Source: an uncultured bacterium
GTDB taxonomy: Bacteria; Acidobacteriota; DATKUA01
Reading direction: 5' to 3'
Length of the DNA stretch: 64,000 nucleotides
Assembly (NCBI GenBank): GCA_965602675.1
Contig: CBFCZO010000003.1
Span: 12,372 to 76,371 of the forward strand
Shown here: positions 27,054-36,619 of the stretch, in pieces
Position numbering within the stretch: position 1 is the stretch's first letter
Layout: every line of letters starts with the position of its first letter
The notes under the pieces: model-generated
The model's input: only the letters and a program-made list of their open reading frames with translations
Told to the model about the DNA's origin: nothing
The model's database searches: none
Position numbers and translations under genes: made by a program

Positions 27054-28472
27054 TCAACGTACGTCGTAGCGGATGAAAAGCACGAAACCGAGCGTGTAGA
27101 AGATGATTGAGACGATGACCATCATCATCAGATCAATCAGCGCCAGGTTGATGCTTTCACCCAGCGACATATTCACGAAATGGAATTCCGGTATGCTGGT
27201 AATGTCGAGTTGTCCCTGCGCCGAAGGGCCGTGCCTGAATCCACCGCCTTGCCGTTCTTCTTTCTCTTCCTGCTCCTCGACATATTCAGTATAGCGCTCG
27301 CGGTAGTTGGTCAATTGCGAGAGGAAGTTCTCCTGGTTGTGAAAACCCGTGCCTGCCATGTTGAGACCGACGTATGTCAGTGCAGACGCGGGGGAAACGC
27401 GACTGATCGACATCGCCAGATTGGTGAGGTTCGCCTGCTGCTGTTTGAAGTCGGAATAAAGCTTTTCGTTCTGCTGGAGATATATTGGTTCCAATTCCTG
27501 ACGAATGGTATTGCGAATCTCGCGCATTCTTCGCCAGCGCTCGTCGCGAGAAACAGTACCCTGGACCTTCTGGAATTCTTCGCTGGTTCTCTCCCATGTC
27601 TGTTGCCAGAAATCGCGCTGAAGCTGGAACTGCTGGGCTCGCACCTCATTTATGCCCGGGATGGGATAGACCTCGTCGGCGATCATCATCGAGGCTTTGG
27701 GGATGACCAACACGAACAGCACCCAGACGAACAGCAGAATGAGGAAGCTTATGGCAGACTTTCTGGTGAGAGACGAAACGAATATCCCGGCGCTGAAGAA
27801 GGCGAGCATATAGAGGACATAGCTCAGAATAAGCATGCTGAGCCTCGCCCAGTCGTCCCCGCTGAAGCTGACGTTGCCCAAGGTCATGATCAGCAGCAGC
27901 CCGACCAGAAGCGGGATCAGCAGCGGGATGAGCAGGCTGATGAAGGAGCCGATCGATTTTCCGAGCAGATAGGTGTTGCGCGGTACCGGGTTGCTGAGGC
28001 AGAGCTTGAGTGTGCCGCTTTCTTTCTCGCCGCTGATTATGTCGTAGGTGAAAAGAATCGCGAAGAGCGAGATGACAATCTTGATGATGAACGTCAGATC
28101 GAGGTCACCGAAGATAGCGAAAATCGGAGCCGTGGAATAAATGCTGTCTTCCATGTGAGGGAAGTCGCCCTCCTTCACCGTGGCGGTGCGGCCGACCGAT
28201 TCTTCCAGGCCCGAGGAGAAGATGCCCAGCGCCGTCGTGGGCTTGATCACCTTAATGCCGCTGCGGGCAGCGTCGTGCCAACTCCCGGCTTCCTGGAGAT
28301 TGCCCCTGTTGATACTGATGATCTTCTGTTCTTCAGACAACTGGGCTTCATAGCGGCCGATGCCGGTGATTGTCGCGGCGATGACCAACAACGTGCAGAC
28401 GATGAAAGTGACAACGAATTTGATCCCATAGACGTTTTCGAGAATCTGTGTTCTGATCAGCGTTCCTAGCAT
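27054..28472 (-). CDS. ABC-2 type transporter permease with large extracytoplasmic/cytoplasmic insert
   Basis: TM1 is followed by a loop of about 100 aa, then five TM helices (SGEKESGTLKLCLSNPVPR is typical of ABC-2 permeases), a helical insert of about 130 aa and a final TM. GGGGAGG SD 9 nt before ATG 28472. Confidence 0.65.
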   Translation of the reverse strand: MLGTLIRTQILENVYGIKFVVTFIVCTLLVIAATITGIGRYEAQLSEEQKIISINRGNLQEAGSWHDAARSGIKVIKPTTALGIFSSGLEESVGRTATVKEGDFPHMEDSIYSTAPIFAIFGDLDLTFIIKIVISLFAILFTYDIISGEKESGTLKLCLSNPVPRNTYLLGKSIGSFISLLIPLLIPLLVGLLLIMTLGNVSFSGDDWARLSMLILSYVLYMLAFFSAGIFVSSLTRKSAISFLILLFVWVLFVLVIPKASMMIADEVYPIPGINEVRAQQFQLQRDFWQQTWERTSEEFQKVQGTVSRDERWRRMREIRNTIRQELEPIYLQQNEKLYSDFKQQQANLTNLAMSISRVSPASALTYVGLNMAGTGFHNQENFLSQLTNYRERYTEYVEEQEEKEERQGGGFRHGPSAQGQLDITSIPEFHFVNMSLGESINLALIDLMMMVIVSIIFYTLGFVLFIRYDVR

Positions 28473-28538
28473 TATTTCTATACCTCCCCTAAAACAGATA
28501 GACACCGGAGTATCCGAAGGGTTAAGCCCTGAAGTACT

Positions 28539-29093
28539 CTATAAAGCCCATTTCAGGCTGCAGCCGATCGCCTGGTTTTCCGGCTTCGCCACCGGCTTGC
28601 CGGCGAGAAGGGCGTCAATTGCGTCCCGAAGGTCATGTTGCCTGGCGTCCTCAGGGGACCTCCAATTGTCATCCACCCGGCCGTGGTAGCGCAATATTCT
28701 TTCTTTATCGAAGACAAAAATCTCGGGCGTACACTGGGCGCCGTAGGCCCTGGCCGCCTTCTGGGATTCATCGCGCAGGTATGGAAAATTGAAGCCGATT
28801 TTGCGGGCGCGCTCGACCATTTGTCCAAAACCGTCCTCGGGATATCCGCGCTCGTCGTTGCTGTTGATCGCCACAAGGTGGACGTCACGGTCGGCATAGT
28901 CGCGCTGGATAGCGATCAGGCGGTCTTCGTAGGCCTGGACATAGGGGCAATGGTTGCAGGTGAACATTACAACCATAATTTCGGCGTCAGTGAAGCTTTC
29001 GAGGCTGTAGGTGCTGCCGTCGACGCCGGGCAACCTGAAATCGGGCGCCCCGTCGCCGATCCTCAATTTGTTATCGTCAAGTTCCTGGTTCAT
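28539..29093 (-). CDS. thioredoxin-fold AhpC/TSA-family redoxin
   Basis: APDFRLPGVDGSTYSL plus the CNHCPYV (CxxC) motif, and PYLRDESQKAARAYGA. GGAGG lies 5 nt before ATG 29093. Confidence 0.8.
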   Translation of the reverse strand: MNQELDDNKLRIGDGAPDFRLPGVDGSTYSLESFTDAEIMVVMFTCNHCPYVQAYEDRLIAIQRDYADRDVHLVAINSNDERGYPEDGFGQMVERARKIGFNFPYLRDESQKAARAYGAQCTPEIFVFDKERILRYHGRVDDNWRSPEDARQHDLRDAIDALLAGKPVAKPENQAIGCSLKWAL

Positions 29094-29229
29094 CGTGTCC
29101 TCCGAAGTCAATCAACGCTGTGAAGCACTTCTATCTACGAATCTGTATTGAAAAACATGCCGGATGGGTTGGCCGGGCGCGATGTGCTAGTATATCTGCC
29201 AATCGGGGAGAGATTCAGAGTTCAGACAT

Positions 29230-30006
29230 ATGGCGGGCGAGACGATATCCGCGGTTCTGATTACCAAGAACGAAGAGGCGAACATAAAGCGCGCTCTGCA
29301 CTCCGTCTCGTTTGCGGACGAAGTGATCGTGCTCGACGGCGAGAGCAACGACCGCACGGTGGAGATCTGCCGCGAGGCTGGAGCGCGGGTCGAAGTGAAG
29401 GAATGGGGCGGCTTTGTGGAGCAAAAGAATGCCGCCTCGGAGCTTGCCTCGTGCGAATGGATACTCAGCATCGACGCCGACGAGCAGGTGCCCCCGGAGT
29501 TACGGGAAGAGGTAGAACGAGTTATCGCCTTGCCCGGCGAGAGCGTCGGCTTTTTCGTGCCCAGGAAAAACAATTACCTCGGGCGCTGGATCAGGCACTG
29601 CGGCTGGTATCCAGACTACCAGCTCAGGCTTTGGCGGCGCGGCCGGGGTAGCTGGGTGGGCGGCCGGGTGCACGAGCGCGTTGAGGTCGACGGCCCTGCC
29701 GGGCACTTGAAAGCGGCGCTGAACCACTTCAGCTACACCTCGATCGCCGGACATCTTGAGCGGATGAACCGCTACTCCGAACTGATCGCGCTGGATAAGC
29801 TGGAGAGAGGTGAGAAGGCCGGCCTGCTGGGTATGTTGTTCGCTGCGCCCTGGCATTTTTTAAGGCTTTATATACTCAGGGGCGGTATTCTAGACGGACT
29901 GCCCGGCCTCGTTGTTTCCGCAATGGGGGCGCACTACGCCTTTCTCAAGAAAGCGAAGCTATGGGAGCTTCAGCGTGGAGGGAAGGACCCGGGCGCACGG
30001 CAGTGA
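29230..30006 (+). CDS. family 2 glycosyltransferase (LPS-core type)
   Basis: ISAVLITKNEEANIKRAL, VLDGESNDRT and SIDADE (DxD) motifs are present. Confidence 0.85.
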   Translation: MAGETISAVLITKNEEANIKRALHSVSFADEVIVLDGESNDRTVEICREAGARVEVKEWGGFVEQKNAASELASCEWILSIDADEQVPPELREEVERVIALPGESVGFFVPRKNNYLGRWIRHCGWYPDYQLRLWRRGRGSWVGGRVHERVEVDGPAGHLKAALNHFSYTSIAGHLERMNRYSELIALDKLERGEKAGLLGMLFAAPWHFLRLYILRGGILDGLPGLVVSAMGAHYAFLKKAKLWELQRGGKDPGARQ

Positions 30007-30041
30007 GTGAATGATCAACCGCAAACCGTAAACGGATAATA

Positions 30042-31109
30042 ATGCGAGTTCTCCACGTAAATACCGAGCGGGGTTGGCGCGGCGGTGAAAGGCAGACCTT
30101 GTTGACACTCAAAGGCCTGTCATCGCGCGGGGTGGAGGTGGCTCTGGCGGCGCGACGCGGCGGCCGTCTCGCAGAAGCGGCGGAGGGCGAGGGCGTTGAG
30201 GTATTTCCCCTGAAAATGCGCAGCGGCGCGAATCCCATAACGGCGTTCAAGCTCGCGCGTATTGCTCGTCGCTTCGGAGCGGAGATAATCCATCTTCAGA
30301 CAGCACACGCTGCATCGCTCGCGGTAATTGCGCGGCTTTTCGGCCTGAAGGCCCGGCTCGTCGCCTCCAGGCGCGTCGATTTTCCCGTGAAGAGTGCCTG
30401 GAAATACAACCGCATGCACCTGATAGCCGCGATAAGTGGCAAGATCAAGGATGTGCTGGTGGAAGGCGGAGTAGATACGGAGCGCATCAGGATTGTTCCA
30501 TCCGGGATCCAAATCGATGTCAGCACCCCGCCTAACCTTGAGGAATCGAGGAAAGAACTAGCGGAATACGCACCTGTGCTAATCGGAACGATCGGGCACC
30601 TGGCCGACCATAAGGGTCATCGTTTTCTGTTGGATGCTTTACCAGCGATCATCGCCAAGGAGCCCAGCCTGAGGCTGGCGATTATCGGCGACGGCGAGTT
30701 GCGCGAGACTCTCGAGCGCCAGGCCAGCGACCTGGGCATTGCTGATCACGTGCTGTTCACCGGCTTCCGGGAAGATGCTTCCGACCTGATCTGGAGCCTG
30801 GATCTGTTCGTGCTGCCGTCGGTTCTGGAAGGGCTCTGCACCACCTTGTTCGATGTGTTGTTACGCGGGGTACCGATAGTCGCCAGCGATGCCGGAGGGA
30901 TCCCTGAAGCTCTCGACAACGGCCGTTACGGCGCCTTGGTGCCGCCTGGAGATGCGCGCGCGCTTGCAGACCGTGTGGTTGCGATCTTAAGGGATGAAGC
31001 GGCAAAGAAGGCCATGACGGACGGCGCGGCCGAATGGGTGCGCGAACGCTTCAGCGTGGGTGCTATGGTCGATTCGACGGTTGAGCTTTACCGCGAAGTG
31101 CTGGGCTGA
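30042..31109 (+). CDS. family 4 (GT-B, GT1-type) glycosyltransferase
   Basis: N-terminus MRVLHVNTERGWRGGERQ. C-terminal donor-binding region is PSVLEGLCTTLFDVLLRGVPIVASDAGGIPE (E-x7-E type). Confidence 0.85.
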   Translation: MRVLHVNTERGWRGGERQTLLTLKGLSSRGVEVALAARRGGRLAEAAEGEGVEVFPLKMRSGANPITAFKLARIARRFGAEIIHLQTAHAASLAVIARLFGLKARLVASRRVDFPVKSAWKYNRMHLIAAISGKIKDVLVEGGVDTERIRIVPSGIQIDVSTPPNLEESRKELAEYAPVLIGTIGHLADHKGHRFLLDALPAIIAKEPSLRLAIIGDGELRETLERQASDLGIADHVLFTGFREDASDLIWSLDLFVLPSVLEGLCTTLFDVLLRGVPIVASDAGGIPEALDNGRYGALVPPGDARALADRVVAILRDEAAKKAMTDGAAEWVRERFSVGAMVDSTVELYREVLG

Positions 31110-31675
31110 GAGTCGCCTTCCTCGTCTTCCTCAAAGAGATCCTCAGTGTCTCTCTCTTCGGTTGAGGGGCGTATCTCGATGTCGGGTAGCTGTTCAGTGC
31201 CGGTGTCGACGAGTGTCGAGAAGGTGGTCAGCCTCCAGTTGCCGTCAGTCTTCATAACTTCTTCGATCAGAAGGCTGATCGGCATATCGCCGGCAATCCT
31301 AACGGTAACTCCCGAATAGTGCTCTTCGATGTTCTTGAGGAAGGAGGCGACGCGGGCTTCGCCCGTTCTAAGCTCGATTGAGATGACCTCCGCCTGCTTG
31401 CCTTTCAGCAGTTCGATCGCACCGCGGCATGCGTTGAGGAATCTCTGCCTGATCGTGGTGTCGAAGCGGCCGATCGCCGGCTTCGCCCCCGGGATGGAGG
31501 AGTCGAAGTCGCCGGTGTGGAGATAGAACGGCTCACAGCTTTGAAGGTCGCCTCTTGCCAGGGTAGCCACAAATGCCCGCAGGAAGTCCTCGGCGTTGTC
31601 GTACCGTGCTTCGCCGGCGCACCCGGTCAGCAAAAAAACCAGCAAAAACGACAGAATTATCGCCGTTCGTTTCAT
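31088..31675 (-). CDS. hypothetical lipoprotein
   Basis: Signal peptide plus lipobox MKRTAIILSFLLVFLLTGC. ATGA overlap with the upstream cupin gene. The acidic C-terminus overlaps the convergent glycosyltransferase by 22 nt. Confidence 0.55.
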   Translation of the reverse strand: MKRTAIILSFLLVFLLTGCAGEARYDNAEDFLRAFVATLARGDLQSCEPFYLHTGDFDSSIPGAKPAIGRFDTTIRQRFLNACRGAIELLKGKQAEVISIELRTGEARVASFLKNIEEHYSGVTVRIAGDMPISLLIEEVMKTDGNWRLTTFSTLVDTGTEQLPDIEIRPSTEERDTEDLFEEDEEGDSQPSTSR

Positions 31676-32040
31676 TTGCTGCCCCCCTCGGAATCGGCGC
31701 GGCCGAAGTCGTCTTCCAGGCGGACGACGTCGTCGAGCTCAGTCGTTGAGACCTCGAGCACATCGCAGGTTGTCCGCGCGATCATTCTGTGGATCGTGCC
31801 GGGCGGGATATGTCGGGCATCGCCGGGGTTTAGTAATAGGGAATTGCGCCGGCCGCTTTCCTCGATGACCAGTTCCATCTCGCCGGACTGAAGATAGATG
31901 GTTTCGTCTTTGACCTTGTGATACTGCAGGCTCAGCTGCGTCCCTTCGACTATATGCAGGATCTTGCCGACGTATTTATCGGTACGGGCCCAGATTAGTT
32001 CGTATCCCCAGGGCTTTTCTATCATTACCTCGTTACTCAT
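31672..32040 (-). CDS. cupin-domain protein (type II phosphomannose-isomerase C-terminal-like)
   Basis: KPWGYELIW....VGKILHIVEGTQLSLQYHKVKDETIYLQSGE matches the cupin/PMI pattern. ATGAGTAA overlap with the ptsI stop. Confidence 0.7.
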   Translation of the reverse strand: MSNEVMIEKPWGYELIWARTDKYVGKILHIVEGTQLSLQYHKVKDETIYLQSGEMELVIEESGRRNSLLLNPGDARHIPPGTIHRMIARTTCDVLEVSTTELDDVVRLEDDFGRADSEGGSK

Positions 32041-33817
32041 TCTCTTCCTCGCCGTTGGGCAAATCGCATTTGAATAGGGATGGGTAGTACTTTTCCATAC
32101 TCGCGGCAAGAAATTCACGCACATCATCTGCCGAGCTGAGGTTCAGCGTCTTCTCGGCGATCTCACGGCAATGTTCGGCTTCGATGCTAAGAATTACGTT
32201 CTTGACCGTAGGGATCGAGGCGGCGTTCATGCTCAACTCGTCGTAGCCGAAGCCAATCAGTAACGGTGTAACGAAGGGATCGGCGGCCATCTCGCCACAC
32301 ATCGAAACCTGCTTGCCCTGCGAGTGAACCTTGTCCGGTATCTCTGCGAGCACGCGTAAGACCGCGGGATGGAACGGATCGTAAAGGTAAGCGACCGAAG
32401 CGTTCGAGCGGTCGATCGCCAAGATGTACTGGATCAGATCATTGGTGCCGACGGAGACGAAGTCGGATTCCGCGGCCAACAGGTCGGCGATTAAGGCCGC
32501 GCTCGGCACCTCGATCATGGCGCCCAGTTTGATGTTCTCGTCGAATGGTATGCCGTCCTCGCGAAGTTCGCGCTTGCATTTCTCCACGATTTCCTTCACC
32601 CGGCGCAACTCGGGCACTCCTGTCAGCATTGGAATCAGGATACGCAGGTTGCCGGCAGTGCTGGCTCGCAGGATCCCGCGCACCTGTGTCTTGAACAGCG
32701 AGGGCTCCCGCAGGCTGTAGCGAACAGCCCTGAGCCCGAGCGCCGGATTCGGTTCATCTTCCATGCCGAGGCTCGCCAACCCCTTCTCGCCGCCCAGATC
32801 CAGAGTTCTAACGTTGACGAAGAGATCACCCGCGGCTTCCGCTATCGTGCGATACATCGATTCGTGATCGTCTTCAGTCGGCAGCAGCTTGGGATTGCTG
32901 AGGAAAACGAATTCGCTGCGGTAAAGTCCGATGCCCGTGGCTCCGTGCTGAATTGCGGAGCGAAGCTCTTCCGGCATCTCAACGTTGGCCGTCATTGCGA
33001 TATCTACGCCGTCGGCAGTCGATGCCGAGATCTCCCGAGTCGCCAGCAGATCGGCTTGCTGCTGTTCGAAGAGCTGCTTGATATTGCGGTAGCGCTGGAG
33101 GGTTTCCTGCTTCGGATTGACGATCACCAGCCCTTCGCTGCCGTCGATGATGATCGTCTCGCCTCTCTTAACCTGGACGCTCAGGTCGCGGAGGCCGACG
33201 ACCGCGGGAAGATTTAGCGAGCGTGCGAGCAGGCCGGTGTGAGTTGTCTGCCCCCCGACGTCCATACCCATACCTAGGAGCATGGTGCTGTCGATCGCAG
33301 CGAATTTCGAAGGTACGACTTCGTGAGCAACGAGTATGCTCGGTTCTTTGGGTAGCTCCTCAGGGTACACAGCCGGGCGGCAGAGGTTTCTCTGGATGCG
33401 GTTGCCGACGTCCAGCACGTCGACGCCGCGATCCCGCATGTAGCTGTCCTCAAAAGATCGGAACGTACGGCTTAACTCGCTGATGATCTGCTGGAGGGCG
33501 AACTCGACGTTCACCCGGTCCTCACGGACCTTCTTCTCGACTCCCTTCACGAGAATGGGATCGTCGAGCATCAGCAGGTGTGCATCGAAGATGTAGGCAT
33601 GCTCGGTGCCCATCTTCCTGCCGATCTCTCCCTTGAGGCTGAGAAGGCTGTTCCTCGTGGCGTCTTTGGCATCCGAGAAGCGCTGCAACTCATCCTCTAT
33701 CATTCCCTCGGGCACGCGGTGCATCCACACTACCGGGTCGGCCGATTCCAGAACATAGGCCGGTCCGATGGCTATGCCGCCGGAGATGCCTATTCCTTGA
33801 AACTGTTTTTCACTCAT
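32033..33817 (-). CDS. ptsI: phosphoenolpyruvate-protein phosphotransferase (PTS enzyme I)
   Basis: 594 aa. Phospho-His region GGQTTHTGLLARSLNLPAVVG. PEP-utiliser TIM-barrel motifs GLYRSEF, FVSVGTNDLIQY and CGEMA. Confidence 0.92.
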   Translation of the reverse strand: MSEKQFQGIGISGGIAIGPAYVLESADPVVWMHRVPEGMIEDELQRFSDAKDATRNSLLSLKGEIGRKMGTEHAYIFDAHLLMLDDPILVKGVEKKVREDRVNVEFALQQIISELSRTFRSFEDSYMRDRGVDVLDVGNRIQRNLCRPAVYPEELPKEPSILVAHEVVPSKFAAIDSTMLLGMGMDVGGQTTHTGLLARSLNLPAVVGLRDLSVQVKRGETIIIDGSEGLVIVNPKQETLQRYRNIKQLFEQQQADLLATREISASTADGVDIAMTANVEMPEELRSAIQHGATGIGLYRSEFVFLSNPKLLPTEDDHESMYRTIAEAAGDLFVNVRTLDLGGEKGLASLGMEDEPNPALGLRAVRYSLREPSLFKTQVRGILRASTAGNLRILIPMLTGVPELRRVKEIVEKCKRELREDGIPFDENIKLGAMIEVPSAALIADLLAAESDFVSVGTNDLIQYILAIDRSNASVAYLYDPFHPAVLRVLAEIPDKVHSQGKQVSMCGEMAADPFVTPLLIGFGYDELSMNAASIPTVKNVILSIEAEHCREIAEKTLNLSSADDVREFLAASMEKYYPSLFKCDLPNGEEENE

Positions 33818-33828
33818 GGTCGGATAAA

Positions 33829-34098
33829 TTATTTCTTCTCACCGAAGCGTCCGCTTATCATCTCACTCAACGTATCGAAAGCATTTTCTTCGTCTTCGCC
33901 GTCCACCGTCAGGCGAATTCGGCTTCCCTTGCTGGCCTGCAGCAAGAGGATCCCCAGGATGCTCTTGCCGTCGACGGTGACTCCGTCCTTGCGTAGCTTG
34001 ACAGTCGAGGCGTACTTGCTCGCAAGGTGAACGAATTTCGACGCAGCGCGCGCATGCAGGCCCCGCTCATTATTGATCTCGATGTCGCCTTCTTTCAT
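33829..34098 (-). CDS. ptsH: phosphocarrier protein HPr/NPr
   Basis: 89 aa. GLHARAAS is the His15 region and DGKSILGILLL is the Ser46 region, consistent with the adjacent HprK. Confidence 0.9.
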   Translation of the reverse strand: MKEGDIEINNERGLHARAASKFVHLASKYASTVKLRKDGVTVDGKSILGILLLQASKGSRIRLTVDGEDEENAFDTLSEMISGRFGEKK

Positions 34099-34520
34099 TC
34101 TTGCTCGGCGGAGTCCTTGGCGTTGAGGATTTCGCTTGCCACGAAGATCGATTGCTGGCCGCGGTCGCGCGCCAGTCGCGCCGCCGAGGTGGGATCAGCA
34201 CCCTCGTCCTGCAGGGTTATCAGCTTTATCACCATCGGCAGGTTCACCCCGGTGAGCACTTCGACTTGATCTTCCTCAAGGAACGTGAGGCTGATGTTTG
34301 TGGGCGTGCCTCCGAACATGTCGGTGAGGATGATGACTCCCTCCTCGTCCGAAAGCTCCTCGATCGCCGACTCGATCTTCCGCCTGGCCTTTTCCATATC
34401 CTGGTTCCAGCCGATGGAGACGGGCATGATTTTCTCCATCGAGGCTCCCACGATTGTCTTTGCGGCCTTGACGAGCTCGCTCGCCAGCAGGCCGTGAGTT
34501 ATAATCAGGATTCCAAACAT
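34095..34520 (-). CDS. PTS EIIA component, mannose/fructose family
   Basis: N-terminus MFGILIITHGLLASELV carries the conserved phospho-His (THG). 141 aa. ATGA overlap with ptsH. Confidence 0.85.
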   Translation of the reverse strand: MFGILIITHGLLASELVKAAKTIVGASMEKIMPVSIGWNQDMEKARRKIESAIEELSDEEGVIILTDMFGGTPTNISLTFLEEDQVEVLTGVNLPMVIKLITLQDEGADPTSAARLARDRGQQSIFVASEILNAKDSAEQE

Positions 34521-34543
34521 TTTCAGAGCGCCGAGGCCGGCCT

Positions 34544-35551
34544 TTACTCGAACAGCCCCGCTCCTTCTCCGATTGTCGTTTTAAAGTCCTTCGCTTCTTT
34601 TGAGCGGCGCAACTTCCTGTCGAGCCGCCGGGTTACCCTCTTGGCCACATTCACGCCCTTGATCTTGAGAAGCTGGTTGCGCGCCGCCACTTCAACGAGA
34701 ATCGCCAGGTTGCGGCCCGGGGCCACAGGCATAATAACATAGGGTATATTAATGCCGATAAAGCTGTGGTATTGATCCTCCACTCCCAGCCGTGGGTATT
34801 CTATTCCATCCCGCCAGTGCTCCAGCCTGATCACCAACTCGATTTTTTTGCTATCCCTGACACTGCCCACTCCGAAAAGGTCCTTGACGTCGATCAGGCC
34901 GATGCCCCTCAACTCCATCAGATAGCGTATCTCCTCAGGGCAGGAGCCAAGCAGCACCTCGTTTTCGACCAGTTTGATCTCCACGTTATCGTCGGCCACC
35001 AGCCTGTGGCCGCGGGCGATAAGCTCGAGAGCGCACTCGCTCTTGCCGACACCGCTCTCGCCGATAAGCAGAACGCCGAGGCCAAAGATATCCAGCAGGT
35101 TGCCATGGATCGACATTCTGGGAGCGAGCTGGACATCCAGGAAGTGAGTTATCAGGTCAATCGCGTCGATGCTCTCATGCGGTGACGTGAAAAGCGGCGT
35201 GCGGCGGCGGTCGGCTACCTCGCGGAGGTAATCGGGGACTGCCATTCCGGCGGTAAGGACAAAACAGGCCGGCTCGCAGGAGAAAAGGTTGTCGAGCATT
35301 TTCATCCGCGGTCCGGGCTTGAGCGTTTCCAGGTAGGTCATCTCGGTACGGCCCATGAGCTGGACCCTGTCGCGGGTGGTGCACTCGACGAAGTTCGCCA
35401 ATGCCAGGCCTGTTTTCTGCACACGGGCGTTCGTTATCGGCCGACGTAGCCCGTCCGCTCCAGCCTCGAGTTTCATTTTCAGCCGATGTGCGCCGAACTC
35501 GTAGAAATGTCGCACGGTGATCGAGCCGGCGCTCACTTCCTCTTCCGACAT
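34544..35551 (-). CDS. hprK: HPr kinase/phosphorylase
   Basis: Walker A GESGVGKSECALEL followed by GHRLVADD and ELRGIGLIDV, the canonical HprK/P motifs. Confidence 0.9.
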   Translation of the reverse strand: MSEEEVSAGSITVRHFYEFGAHRLKMKLEAGADGLRRPITNARVQKTGLALANFVECTTRDRVQLMGRTEMTYLETLKPGPRMKMLDNLFSCEPACFVLTAGMAVPDYLREVADRRRTPLFTSPHESIDAIDLITHFLDVQLAPRMSIHGNLLDIFGLGVLLIGESGVGKSECALELIARGHRLVADDNVEIKLVENEVLLGSCPEEIRYLMELRGIGLIDVKDLFGVGSVRDSKKIELVIRLEHWRDGIEYPRLGVEDQYHSFIGINIPYVIMPVAPGRNLAILVEVAARNQLLKIKGVNVAKRVTRRLDRKLRRSKEAKDFKTTIGEGAGLFE

Positions 35552-35553
35552 GG

Positions 35554-36012
35554 TCAGCTCCCTTCAGCTTCCGCCAGGACCGAGATGGCTTCCTCCGCGC
35601 TCTTGGCGGCAAGCACGCTTTCCCGCGAGGCCGGATTGATAAAAATCCGAGCTGCCGCCGCCAGGGCATCGAGGTGAACATTGGGATCGCTCTCCGGAGA
35701 AATTACCACGAAGAATATATTCACGGGTTTGTTATCGGGCGCGTCGGCCTCCACGCCGCTGCGCGAGATACCTAAAGCAAAGCGGGGCGCGCTGATACGG
35801 TCTGACGTGCAATGCGGGAACGCGATTCCCGCCCCCATGGCAGTGCTCAACAGACGCTCTCTGCGTAGGAGACTTTCGCGCAAATGATTAGAGTCGAGGT
35901 TTGCCGAATCATCGGCCACCAGCTCCGATAATTCGCTGATTATCTCCTCGACACTACTGCCCGACAGGTTAGTCTGAACCGCGGCGGGCTTGAGTTCATC
36001 GGAAATTCGCAT
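35554..36012 (-). CDS. ptsN: PTS EIIA-Ntr (nitrogen regulatory IIA protein)
   Basis: PTS_EIIA_2 pattern GAGIAFPHC carries the phospho-His. The position directly after hpf is canonical. ATG 36012 is preferred to the TTG at 36045, which would overlap hpf. Confidence 0.85.
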   Translation of the reverse strand: MRISDELKPAAVQTNLSGSSVEEIISELSELVADDSANLDSNHLRESLLRRERLLSTAMGAGIAFPHCTSDRISAPRFALGISRSGVEADAPDNKPVNIFFVVISPESDPNVHLDALAAAARIFINPASRESVLAAKSAEEAISVLAEAEGS

Positions 36013-36031
36013 CTGCCACCAGGTTGTCAGG

Positions 36032-36571
36032 TCATCTGGGTTCAATTAGCCCGATGTCGCCGTCCCCCCGGAGGTAGATGACGTTAAGCTCTTCGGTTGT
36101 CGAGTTACTGAAAACGATAAAACCGTTGTCGGATGCGCGCACCTGGAGCATGGCTTCTTCAACACTCATCGGCTTCACGGACAGGCGCTCCACAATCAAC
36201 TCCGGCTTGCCGGCGGAAGGCGCTTCCTCCTCCTCGAGCGTCGAGTCCTCCCAGACCTTGCTGTGGGGTGGGCGCCGCTGACCTTTGCGGCTTTTCACGC
36301 GCCGGCCCTGCCGCCGAGCCTGTTTCACGAGGTTGTCAATGGCATCGTTGATCGAGGCATACATATCAGTGGTTTGCGCCGTGGCGCTGAATCCGCCCTG
36401 GCGCGTCTTGACCGAGAGGTCGGCTATCTGGAGATACTTCTGTACGCTGAGGGTCACGTGAACATCCATCACGCTTTCAAACACCCTTTCGAGCTTCTTC
36501 AGCTTGTTCTCCGTGAAGGAACGAAGTGCCGGTGTGATATCGATACCTTTTCCTCCGATGACAGTCTCCAT
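36032..36571 (-). CDS. hpf: ribosome hibernation promoting factor (long HPF)
   Basis: The N-terminal S30AE domain has IDITPALRSFTENKLKKLE and DVHVTLSV. The C-terminal dimerisation domain has PMSVEEAMLQ. It lies immediately downstream of rpoN. Confidence 0.9.
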   Translation of the reverse strand: METVIGGKGIDITPALRSFTENKLKKLERVFESVMDVHVTLSVQKYLQIADLSVKTRQGGFSATAQTTDMYASINDAIDNLVKQARRQGRRVKSRKGQRRPPHSKVWEDSTLEEEEAPSAGKPELIVERLSVKPMSVEEAMLQVRASDNGFIVFSNSTTEELNVIYLRGDGDIGLIEPR

Positions 36572-36619
36572 CGATACTCCTTTCGCCCCCAGCCGGAACT
36601 CAGGGAGCTGCTGCCGCGC

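Noticed and set aside
27180-28469. 429-aa plus-strand ORF opposite the ABC-2 permease
   Set aside because: Its composition is low-complexity and charged (RDQQRDEQADEG...). The minus-strand product has clear TM helices, a strong GGGGAGG RBS and family motifs.
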